A stretch of DNA of 32,000 nucleotides from Nostoc sp. PCC 7120 = FACHB-418 (GTDB lineage: Bacteria > Cyanobacteriota > Cyanobacteriia > Cyanobacteriales > Nostocaceae). Of this stretch, positions 16,761-25,214 are shown in pieces; the stretch's first letter is position 1; each line of letters begins with the position of its first letter. The DNA lies in assembly GCF_000009705.1 (NCBI RefSeq), contig NC_003272.1:810001-842000 (forward strand), given 5' to 3'. Position numbers and translations under genes: made by a program. The notes under the pieces were generated by a model, which worked only from the letters and a program-made list of their open reading frames with translations, was not told the DNA's origin and searched no databases.

Positions 16761-18683
16761 TTATTGAATCAAAATTATTGCCTCTTGTACCTTTGTAGAA
16801 AGAGCCTTTTGTAGTCCTTCCTCTACCTTACTAATTAGTTTGTCAAAAGCATCTTGATTAGCTGTTAGTTGTTCTTGAATAACCTTCTCTAACTCAGGAT
16901 TGACTTGTTTACATATATCGTCAATTTTTCGGTCATTCACAAAACTAGAGCGAATCCAACTAGGAATATTGACATTTGTTTTAATTGCCTCTTTTACCGT
17001 CTCTCGATTTAGCTCCATGCCTGCTGCTATTACCGAAGCCCCGTAAACTAATGCAATAGGCCAGGTTAAATGTCCAGTCAGTATGAGAGTAATGATACTG
17101 GCAAGAGTACCACCACCAATTAATACATTAACGATGAATGCTACTGTTTCGCCTAAAATAGCGTCTCCAATACGCAATTCTGGGTTAACTAAAGCAGGCT
17201 CAATACTATCTTCAAACCTCAAACTGCTTCTGGGTATATGGAACTGGCGACATATCGGGTCAGTTTCTGCGGCTAAATCTGGTTGAATTTTCTGATTAAA
17301 CCAACTGATACATTGGTTGTTAACTATCTTTTGAGCTATATCACTTTGCAGCCACTCTTCTGCTCGCTGCTTCATGGAGGTTTCCAAATCAGCTAAAGTA
17401 CGGATTTGGTTTTTTTGCCAATCTTTCACTCCATGTCTAACTGCGTTCTCAATTAACCCCTCAGCTAATGGCTGAGTCAAAGATTTTATTAACTCTGGAA
17501 TATGCTTACCAATTAATTCTTTGAGCTGGTTTGATTCCAACAGTTTATTGACTTCTTGTTTGAAAGCATTAGCTCGTAAGTCCCAACGTCCCACCCGCGC
17601 TAAACCTAAAGCAATACATCTTTCTGGCTCTGGGTCTGGACGCAGTAAGGTTTGTGGTTCAGGGAAAAATTCCTGACAAAGTTGGTGGGTGAATTTCATC
17701 CGCGATGCGCCACCAGTCATTAACACTAGTTTCGGTGTGATACCTTGCTGGTCTAACTTTTGTTTTGCTTCGTTTAATGCTGCGTGAAATGATTGCAACC
17801 AACTTTTTTCCCCTAGTTCGGATAAAGGTTGGTTCAATATTTCTTCCATCATTAATTTGTTGACTTGGGGGATAAAATAAATCTGTTCGTTGATAGATTC
17901 AAAACCACGGGCGAAGGATTGAGAATCGCTATAAAGCTGTTCGTTAGAAAAGTAATCTTCCTTAGCTTTGCGGCAGGCTAATTCACAACGCGCTTGATGA
18001 TGGGGATATTCTTTAAATACTTTTTCTAGTAATGGTTTTTGTTCATGCTTGGCGAGAGTTTTAGCAAAAATAGCTTTATCAATTAAAGATGCGCCTAAAG
18101 CGTTATTACCAAAATCTAAAGGTATTTCTTGTAAGCTTTTAACTAAAGTAAAATCTGTAGTTGAAGAACCAATATCAACAATTAGTACTGACGAAATAAG
18201 TTTTTCATATTCTAGTTTACCGGCTTCCTTGGCCTGCATAAAAGCTGCCCTTGATTCGGGGACAACATTTAGTAAAGGAATACCAGCTTCTTGCAGTAAT
18301 TGTTGATATTCTGAACGTTCTTTAACTGACCATCCTGAAGGACAACCAACATAAAAGTAAGTAGTGTCTTGAGTTTCAATTTGTCTACTTTCTTTTAATA
18401 AGTGGTAGTAGGTAGCAATAAAAGTACTAATAGTTTTGCGATATTTAGGATCATTATTGGGTTTTTGCTTGAAAGTAATTGCCAACTGAGTCACCCCAGC
18501 TTGAATTAAGGCTTGTTCCCCGACTAGATAACCTAGTTGAGGATGCCAACCCAGTGCAGTAACTTGGTTTTTTTTATGATTAATTTCCAACATTTGGGGC
18601 GGTTCGATGCTCTCCACAATTGCCTTAGCTACTGCTGTTTCACCGTGTCCCAAATCAAAACCGACTGTTTCTAAAATTTCCAT
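16761..18683 (-). CDS. Atypical Hsp70/actin-fold ATPase. It has a nucleotide-binding domain only, plus a C-terminal helical region carrying a hydrophobic membrane hairpin.
   Basis: 640-aa ORF with these motifs in order:
- FDLGHGET (aa 9-16, phosphate-1)
- VPESRAAF (aa 141-148, compare Hsp70 EPTAAA)
- IVDIGSSTTDF (aa 168-178, phosphate-2)
- LMTGGASRM (aa 321-329, adenosine motif)
- PERCIALGLA (aa 353-362, compare PDEAVAxGAA)

No SBD-like sequence follows. A hydrophobic stretch, VAFIVNVLIGGGTLASIITLILTGHLTWPIALVYGASVIAAGM, spans aa 514-556. Confidence 0.85.
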   Translation of the reverse strand: MEILETVGFDLGHGETAVAKAIVESIEPPQMLEINHKKNQVTALGWHPQLGYLVGEQALIQAGVTQLAITFKQKPNNDPKYRKTISTFIATYYHLLKESRQIETQDTTYFYVGCPSGWSVKERSEYQQLLQEAGIPLLNVVPESRAAFMQAKEAGKLEYEKLISSVLIVDIGSSTTDFTLVKSLQEIPLDFGNNALGASLIDKAIFAKTLAKHEQKPLLEKVFKEYPHHQARCELACRKAKEDYFSNEQLYSDSQSFARGFESINEQIYFIPQVNKLMMEEILNQPLSELGEKSWLQSFHAALNEAKQKLDQQGITPKLVLMTGGASRMKFTHQLCQEFFPEPQTLLRPDPEPERCIALGLARVGRWDLRANAFKQEVNKLLESNQLKELIGKHIPELIKSLTQPLAEGLIENAVRHGVKDWQKNQIRTLADLETSMKQRAEEWLQSDIAQKIVNNQCISWFNQKIQPDLAAETDPICRQFHIPRSSLRFEDSIEPALVNPELRIGDAILGETVAFIVNVLIGGGTLASIITLILTGHLTWPIALVYGASVIAAGMELNRETVKEAIKTNVNIPSWIRSSFVNDRKIDDICKQVNPELEKVIQEQLTANQDAFDKLISKVEEGLQKALSTKVQEAIILIQ

Positions 18684-18695
18684 ACTATATATTGT

Positions 18696-19595
18696 CTATG
18701 ATTCTCTGGCTTGGGAGTATGCTGGTTCAATTACCCTACCGCGCCTCAGCAAGCGATCGCCTTTCAACAAAGCTGGCGTAATTGTGACATAATCTTGGTT
18801 ATCAGGGTCGATACTTGGCTCAAAGTCGAAGTAAGTGCGATCGCCATAAGGTGCTTTTGCTTGGTAAATTTGAGCGCGAATCCCCTGAGACATCAAAATT
18901 TGTGGTAAAAGTTTCGTGAGTTCCATCACCATCTGGGGTTTATTCAAAGACGATGCACCCATGAGTCTTTGCAAGAAATTCAAGAGTTCCGGCAATTCTT
19001 CCATATTCCGTTCATCTTTGGCTTTGTCAGATTCAGCAAATCTAGCAACTACTAAATCGATAGTGTTGAGTGCATCAGCCAATTGGGCTAAAAGAATTGT
19101 GCTTTCTACTGTGGGGGTAGGTCGAGCTACTTCTTTGACCTCTGGTAAGTTTGCATCATTTTTCTCAAGTTGCAGCACTACTTCCAATCCTAGCAGCACA
19201 GAAGCGAGTAAAATCCCCATCCATGCGCCTGGAGTCGTATTTGTTAGATAAAATAACCAACCTAAAATACCTACATAAAGTAGTACTTTTAGCACCTTCA
19301 AAATTAATCTATGGGGGGAAGACGTAAGCGCTAGATTAGTAATTTGTTTATGTTCTACCGTCTCAATCTGATCAATTTCAACTGCCCCAAGAATGGGTAT
19401 TGACTGACGTAACACATCTAAGAAAAATGCAGCCAAACGTACTTGAGTTATATTGAGTTCGCTAATATAAATTCTTTCTATATTGTCTAGTTTATTTTGA
19501 ACTAGTTTCACTACATCTTCAATATTACTTAAGTTATTAATCTCTGTCTGAAGTTGATTACTTTCTTCGCTAAAAAGTGAAGTTATCGTTTTCAT
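18696..19595 (-). CDS. Membrane-hairpin protein with a GrpE-like C-terminal domain (putative dedicated nucleotide-exchange factor)
   Basis: 299-aa ORF that ends 12 nt before the start of the Hsp70-like gene. It has an N-terminal coiled coil and a hydrophobic hairpin at aa ~97-141 (LILKVLKVLLYVGILGWLFYL...AWMGILLASVLLGLEVVL). The C-terminal part resembles GrpE:
- LLAQLADALNTIDLV
- LMSQGIRAQI
- FDFEP....VTITPALLKGDRLLRRGRVIEP, compared with the GrpE end pattern V..V.QKGY.L.dRvlRpA.V.V

This remote similarity was judged by eye only. Confidence 0.6.
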   Translation of the reverse strand: MKTITSLFSEESNQLQTEINNLSNIEDVVKLVQNKLDNIERIYISELNITQVRLAAFFLDVLRQSIPILGAVEIDQIETVEHKQITNLALTSSPHRLILKVLKVLLYVGILGWLFYLTNTTPGAWMGILLASVLLGLEVVLQLEKNDANLPEVKEVARPTPTVESTILLAQLADALNTIDLVVARFAESDKAKDERNMEELPELLNFLQRLMGASSLNKPQMVMELTKLLPQILMSQGIRAQIYQAKAPYGDRTYFDFEPSIDPDNQDYVTITPALLKGDRLLRRGRVIEPAYSQARES

Positions 19596-19750
19596 TGCGC
19601 TGCTTAAAAATTAAAGTTTTACCGGATCATTTTATGCTTGTGTGCAGTATATCTATTCTAGAGTGATTATTGGGAATGCTTGACAAAAGTAAAGGATGAG
19701 CGTCTAACCCATCCCTAAGATAAAAACAATGTGATGTATTGTATGAACAT

Positions 19751-19795
19751 AGTCAACAGTCCATAGTTATTCTTAGTTACGTTAGACTGTTGACT
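19751..19795 (-). terminator. 11-bp perfect inverted repeat downstream of glgB (possible terminator or STRR-related hairpin)
   Basis: agtcaacagtc, then 23 nt, then gactgttgact. It lies 79 nt past the glgB stop on the minus strand. There is no obvious U-tract, and the arms contain the STRR3-like CAACAGT heptamer. Confidence 0.35.
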
Positions 19796-19873
19796 CGTTC
19801 AGGTTTTCTTCGGCTTGCTTGTATGTATACCGCAACGTCGAAGCGCTTGATTCTGCGTCTATTGAACGCGCAA

Positions 19874-22168
19874 TTAAGAACCTAATGCTTTAGCTGTTTT
19901 TTCCTTATCCATCTTCAGAATCAAAACTCCCAGAGGTGGTAAACATAAATCCAGTGAGTAGGGGCGATTGTGCATCGACCAATCATCAGTCCACTTACCA
20001 CCTAAGTTACCCATGTTGCTACCGCCATACTGACGAGCATCACTATTGAATAACTCGGTGTAAAAACCTTTTTCTGGGACGCCAATACGGTAATGAGAAT
20101 GAGGCTGGGGTGTGAAGTTACAAATCACCACAACGAAATTCTCGGTATCTTTTTCACGGCGAATAAACGAGACTACGCTGTGGCGATTATCGCTACAATC
20201 AATCCAATCAAACCCTTCCCTGGCAAAATCTAAAGTGTATAAAGCAGGTTCAGAACGGTAAAGTTTATTCAGTTCCGTGAAGAATTTTTTCAACTGTTGG
20301 TGTGGTTCAAACTGCAACAAAGGCCACTCCAAGTCAGCCCAAACATTCCACTCGCTCCATTGCCCAAATTCCATGCTCATAAACATGGTTTTCTTCCCTG
20401 GGTGAGCAAACATATAGGCAAACAAACAACGCACATTTGCCAACTTCTGCCACTTATCGCCTGGCATTTTGCCAATGATATTGCTCTTACCATGTACGAC
20501 TTCATCATGGGAGAGCGCCAGCATGAAGTTTTCACTGTGGTTATACCACATACTAAAAGTGATGTTGTTTTGGTGGAATTGCCTAAACCAAGGGTCCATG
20601 CTGAAATAATCCAGCATATCGTGCATCCAGCCCATGTTCCACTTGAGGTTAAATCCCAAACCGCCTGTGTAGGTAGGCCAAGACACCATCGGCCAATCTG
20701 TCGATTCTTCCGCAATGGAAAGCACACCAGGAAAATAGCTAAAAAGCAAGTGATTTACCTGACGCAGAAAATCTGCTGCTTCTAGATTTTCTCTACCACC
20801 GTACTGGTTAGGCAACCATTCACCCTCTTTGCGACAGTAGTCGAGATAAAGCATGGAAGCCACCGCATCAACACGAATACCGTCTATGTGGTATTTGTCA
20901 AACCAGAACAGGGCATTTGCTACCAAAAAGTTGCGGACTTCGTTCCGGCTATAATTGAAAACCAGAGTCCCCCACTCTTTATGTTCACCTTTGCGGGGGT
21001 CGGCGTGTTCGTAAAGATGAGTACCATCGAAGAAGGCTAAACCATGTCCATCCTTGGGGAAGTGACCGGGAACCCAATCGACAAGTACGCCAATGTTGTT
21101 TTGGTGACACTGGTCAACAAAATACATAAAGTCTTCAGGAGTACCAAAACGTGAAGTAGGGGCGTAGTATCCTGTTACCTGATAACCCCAAGATCCATCA
21201 AAAGGATGTTCGGCGATCGGTAATAATTCTATGTGGGTGTATCCCAGTTCTTTTACATAGGGAATAAGTCTGCTGGCTAGTTCCCGATATGTTAAAAAAC
21301 GTGCGCCCGGATTCAGTTCTGAAGCAATAACTACAGGCTCCGTTTCGCCATTAGGTAGTTGAGCTGGTTCTGCACTAGCAGCGTGTAACCAAGAACCTAA
21401 GTGTACTTCATAAACTGAAATCGGCTGGGTTAAAGGATCTGTATGACGGCGTTGTTCTAACCAGTCTTCATCACTCCAGTTGTATGAATTTAAATTGCTA
21501 ACAATTGAGGCTGTTTTGGGGCGGGGTTCTTGTTGAAAACCGAAGGGGTCTGATTTTTCGTAAATATGCCCTGCAAAATTTTTGATTTCATATTTGTAAT
21601 GCTCTCCTACCCCGATTTCGGGAATGAATAATTCCCAAACGCCAGTAGCGCCTTTACGCATCTGATGTTTACGTCCGTCCCAGAGGTTGAAATCTCCCAA
21701 AACAGAGACATTGCGAGCATTGGGGGCCCAAACTGCAAAGTAAACACCTTTAACGCCACCCACTTCTGTGAAATGCGCTCCCAGTTTTTCGTAAATGCGA
21801 TGGTGATTACCTTCAGCAAACAAATGTAAATCAAAGTCTGTTAAACGAGGGGAACGAAAAGCGTAAGGATCGTAGGAGACACGCTCATGCTCTCCTTCTT
21901 TAGTTTTTAACTGGTAGTTTGATAGTTCAGAAGTTTCAATAATACATTCAAAAAAATGTGGATCATGCACCGTCTGCATGGGGTATTCTTGCCGTTGTTC
22001 TGGAAGAACTACCCATGCTGCACTAGCATTTGGTAGGTAGGCTCTCACAACCCAAACGGTTTTGCCGTTTTGCTCTATGGGATGAGAACCAAGGATTTCA
22101 AAAGGATCATGATGCTGGTTCCAGACGATGCGGTTAACCTGTTCAGGAGCGATCGTGGTCATGGACAT
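19874..22168 (-). CDS. glgB: 1,4-alpha-glucan (glycogen) branching enzyme
   Basis: 764-aa ORF with GH13 branching-enzyme blocks: [76 protein letters not shown] and [12 protein letters not shown]. Confidence 0.97.
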
Positions 22169-22300
22169 TAAGCTACCTACGTAGAATAAACTGGTTGACT
22201 AAATTGAGTTTTGTATATATATATTCTTTACATTTATTTGCAATTTTGTCGCCACCGTTATCGTATCGCACAATGCGTCATTGGGATGGAGTTTTTGCCA

Positions 22301-22326
22301 GTGGTCGGTGGTCAGTAGTCAGTAGC
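22301..22326. repeat. STRR-type heptamer tandem repeat in the glgB leader region
   Basis: gtggtcg gtggtca gtagtca gtagc, read directly. Confidence 0.8.
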
Positions 22327-22496
22327 ATTCCCGCAGCGTGTTCCCTTGGGACAAGATACGTAAAAACCATAGGACTTAAGCACCCAGATTTTCTGCTGAG
22401 ACTGGGTGTAAGGGTATGGAAGTGTAAGGGTTTCAAGCATTTATGGGTAAGTCCTAAACTACCCAAAAGGGATCAGGTATTAAACCATTGCAAAAA

Positions 22497-22517
22497 CAAC
22501 TGACAACTGACCAATTC
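22497..22517. repeat. STRR-type heptamer tandem repeat
   Basis: caactga caactga ccaattc, immediately next to the stop of the 116-aa gene. Confidence 0.8.
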
Positions 22518-22868
22518 TCACAAATTTAAGAAGGGGAAAAACTGGAGCAGAAATTTACGCATACGGGTCAGGAAAATAGTTTGTCGTATGTTGGTGCTAA
22601 GTTTTGGCGGAGGGCTAATTTGTAGTTGTGCTTGTAATTGTGCATACTCAGCCGCAGTCAGAGGCTGGCCATCTATAGGCGATCGCGCATCTATAATAAT
22701 TTCTGTTCGTAATATTTCTTCTGGGATATCCTTGACTGGTGGTAAAGCTAAGACTAAGTTTCCCCAATTACCACTCAACCAAACCAGAATACTGCTGCTG
22801 AGAGCGACAATAGATAGTTTTAGCCACTTCATTGGGTGTTTCGTGAAATTCTGCATTAATGACATCAA
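22518..22868 (-). CDS. Small secreted or membrane-anchored hypothetical protein
   Basis: 116-aa ORF. The sequence after the internal Met, MKWLKLSIVALSSSILVWLSG, looks like a signal peptide or anchor, so the true start may be at about 22832. The mature part reads PPVKDIPEEILRTEIIIDARSPIDGQPLTAAEYAQLQAQLQ. I recognise no functional motif. Confidence 0.6.
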   Translation of the reverse strand: MMSLMQNFTKHPMKWLKLSIVALSSSILVWLSGNWGNLVLALPPVKDIPEEILRTEIIIDARSPIDGQPLTAAEYAQLQAQLQISPPPKLSTNIRQTIFLTRMRKFLLQFFPFLNL

Positions 22869-23033
22869 ACACCTCTATGCTGTACTTATGTTGTTCGTCA
22901 ATCGCCAAGAAACTAAAACACTGAACTACAGATCAAATGTAGTTAACTTCATATCGATCTAGCGCTCTTCTATTACTCTCGTTAAATAAAAATTCATAAT
23001 CCTTGATGGTTAAGGCTTTGATAAATTTACGAG

Positions 23034-23133
23034 TAGGTTGGGTTGAGGAACGTAGGCGCAGCCTTCTCGTAGAGTAACCCAACACGAAAAATCCTTGGTT
23101 TAGTTGGGTTTCACTCAAGTTCAACCCAACCTA
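23034..23133. mobile_element. 100-bp MITE-like element, or nested palindromic repeat, with 13-bp perfect terminal inverted repeats
   Basis: taggttgggttga (23034-23046) is the exact reverse complement of tcaacccaaccta (23121-23133). An internal second pair is aacccaac / gttgggtt. There is no coding capacity. Copy number in the genome is unknown. Confidence 0.35.
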
Positions 23134-23654
23134 AATTTTTTTTCATCAGAGTCATAAAAGAGCGCTAGTCTGACTCTGGTATTCTTTCAGGAATAGAGGT
23201 GATTTTTGATTATGTGTTTAAGTAATTACTAATTCTTATGAGATGAATAAATTAATCAAAAGCTTCAGCAGCAAGACAGAAAAACAGACGATAGTAGTAT
23301 TTCTGTAGCATATTTAATTTTCTTATATTTAATGCCACATTATGCCGGCGTGTTAGTTTTTTAGTTTTATAGAATATTTGATACTTAGCTGAGGAATAAA
23401 ACTTTATTACAAGTGTCTTAAATTACAACCCTACTTAAAATTTTTATTTGAGTAAGTTCCAAGTAAATTTGCACAGAAGAAAGACAGAGAGGAGAAGGCT
23501 TGAGAAAATAACTTTGCCCTTTGCCAAGAGGTTTTTGACTTCCACCCCTTGTTGCTGCTTTTCTCTCCTTTTGCCTTCTGCCTTTCCAATAGACAACTTT
23601 TTGCTACTTGATGAGGCTAGTACTTTTGTTCAAACTCATGACCTCCACCAATGA

Positions 23655-23681
23655 AAGAAAGACTTGCCAGAAATCTTTCTT
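23655..23681 (-). terminator. AT-rich hairpin downstream of the small lipoprotein gene
   Basis: aagaaaga, then 11 nt, then tctttctt, giving an 8-bp stem with only 2 G-C pairs. It begins 19 nt past the lipoprotein stop on the minus strand and is followed by T-rich sequence. Confidence 0.3.
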
Positions 23682-23699
23682 GGAAACGTTATCAATTAT

Positions 23700-23870
23700 C
23701 TAAGGGGTAGTCGTAGGAGTAGCAGCAGGGGTTGTTGCCGCAGGGGTTGCCGCTCCAGTGTCAGTTGGCTCACCTGTAGCAGCAGGGGGGGGTGTTTGTG
23801 TCTCACCGCAGGCTCCGAGAAATGCAGCCAGACTTAACATTAGAGCAAAACCAAAGATTTTAGTTCTCAT
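23700..23870 (-). CDS. 56-aa lipoprotein with a Pro/Thr/Ala-rich tail (below the ORF-track size cut-off)
   Basis: My hand translation of the minus strand gives MRTKIFGFALMLSLAAFLGACGETQTPPPAATGEPTDTGAATPAATTPAATPTTTP*. It has a lipobox, FLGA|C. A strong SD, GAGGAG, ends 4 nt before the ATG (plus-strand ctcctc at about 23875-23880). The stop is TAG at 23700-23702. Confidence 0.7.
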   Translation of the reverse strand: MRTKIFGFALMLSLAAFLGACGETQTPPPAATGEPTDTGAATPAATTPAATPTTTP

Positions 23871-24170
23871 ATAACTCCTCTTTCACCAATTGTGGCAATA
23901 AAATTTTTCGCCTGTTGAATACGATAACCTATTTATTGCAAGTTTTTAAAACCGCACATATTACATATTTATTTGATTTAGTTATTATGTACAAGACTGA
24001 TTAGTATGCTCTGGATTGAAAAAGACGCTGGGGATTAGGGGCTAGGTATTGGGAAGCACTTAGTACAGGTATAGAAAAGCAATTCTTGTCATTGCCATTT
24101 TTCTTGACCTTTGCCTTTTTTATAAGCTGTCAGGCATTGAACTTGCAATTCTTTTCGTGTTGGCCGTCGA

Positions 24171-24212
24171 CAGTTGACGGTTGACAGTGAACCGCCAGCA
24201 GTCAACAAACCA
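24171..24212. repeat. STRR-type heptamer tandem repeat (6 units)
   Basis: cagttga cggttga cagtgaa ccgccag cagtcaa caaacca. Confidence 0.75.
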
Positions 24213-24367
24213 TACAAGTGACTATGTAATTTAAAAGCGTCATAGCTCATCTTGCTCAAATACTTACATAAAAACTATTAAGTATACTTATCACACAGAA
24301 GGCGAGTTCAACCTTAGCAAAATCAGATAAAGGGTCTAGAATACATTATTTTATATCTGTAAAAATT

Positions 24368-25045
24368 ATGGCTGCTGTTCGCAAATCGGATGTTTCTGTA
24401 ACTGGTGGTTGGTTTCGGCGAGGTTCAACCTCATCTTTAAGAGAGAGGCGGACTAGTCAGGGGTCAATGATGAGCAATGATTCTACACTTGCTACTGAAC
24501 CCTCATTAGTTCCCCCAAAAAGACAACAGCGTTCCTCGAACAATGTATCTTCCTCTGCTAAAACAAGGGTACAAAGTCCGGCAACACAAAAAAACTCTCA
24601 TCTCACAGCAAAGTCCAATCGAAGACAAAGAGGTCTTCAATCAAATTCACAGCACCTGCCTGTAGTACCTACCGCTAAAGCATTACCTTTATGGTTACTG
24701 AGACTACACAGCATACATCGTTATTCTTCAATTGCCGCATTTTTATTAGTAGCAGGAACTTTAACGGTTTATGGGTTGACAGTATATACCCAAGAATTGT
24801 GGAGTCAAGGTTACAGCCGACTACAAAAACTACAACGCGATGAGCGACAAATCACCACAACTAACGCGACATTAACTCACAAAATGGCGGAGGAAGCAGA
24901 AACGCCATCGGCGGGATTTATATCACCGACTCCAGCTAGGACTATTTTCTTATCTCCACTACCTCACAAACCAGAGGTAGTATCCCCTAGTTCCACAGCA
25001 AATCAACAAGCGCAACCATTAAATTCTCCACGACTGGGATATTAA
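24368..25045 (+). CDS. Bitopic membrane protein with a basic/Ser-rich N-terminal tail, one TM and a periplasmic coiled coil. Candidate FtsL-like divisome protein.
   Basis: 225-aa ORF directly upstream of ftsI on the same strand. The TM is YSSIAAFLLVAGTLTVYGLTVY, followed by a heptad-like stretch, QELWSQGYSRLQKLQRDERQITTTNATLTHKMAEEAE. The function is inferred only from topology and from the classical ftsL-ftsI gene order. The start codon is uncertain. Confidence 0.6.
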   Translation: MAAVRKSDVSVTGGWFRRGSTSSLRERRTSQGSMMSNDSTLATEPSLVPPKRQQRSSNNVSSSAKTRVQSPATQKNSHLTAKSNRRQRGLQSNSQHLPVVPTAKALPLWLLRLHSIHRYSSIAAFLLVAGTLTVYGLTVYTQELWSQGYSRLQKLQRDERQITTTNATLTHKMAEEAETPSAGFISPTPARTIFLSPLPHKPEVVSPSSTANQQAQPLNSPRLGY

Positions 25046-25214
25046 TAATATGGGGAGTGGGAAAAACCACTTTTATGCTTGGCGATGAACGAAGTTCATA
25101 GGGGTGGACTTTCCATGTAAACAGCTATCGAGTATGTGGTATTGTAGTTCACACCTGCGATGAGACTGATAGCTGAAAACTGAATAACTCACAACTGACT
25201 AACTGAGCAGAGTA

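Noticed and set aside
17083-19251. Plus-strand ORFs 17083..17286, 18049..18306, 18607..18792, 18711..18908 and 18916..19251
   Set aside because: They are antisense to the Hsp70-like and GrpE-like genes. They are Ser/Ala/Leu-rich, as is typical of reverse-frame translation, with no signals.
20297-21834. ORFs 20297..20785(+), 20377..20727(-) and 21607..21834(-), within glgB
   Set aside because: glgB is unambiguous. These are alternative-frame or antisense ORFs without support.
22195-22503. ORFs 22195..22503(+) and 22278..22466(-), in the glgB upstream region
   Set aside because: The region is occupied by STRR heptamers and a 7-bp hairpin (cacccag-14 nt-ctgggtg, 22381-22408). The predicted peptides are Cys/Trp/Arg-rich with no SD. 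This is more likely leader or terminator sequence.
22588-22962. ORF 22588..22962(+), 124 aa
   Set aside because: It overlaps almost completely, in antisense, the 116-aa gene that has a plausible signal peptide. It is Cys-rich with an odd composition.
22933-23124. ORF 22933..23124(-), 63 aa
   Set aside because: Most of it is read through the 100-bp inverted-repeat element, so the reading frame is probably incidental.
23448-23654. ORF 23448..23654(+), 68 aa
   Set aside because: It starts at a non-ATG codon, runs through CT-rich low-complexity DNA and has no SD. I judge it to be a non-coding spacer.
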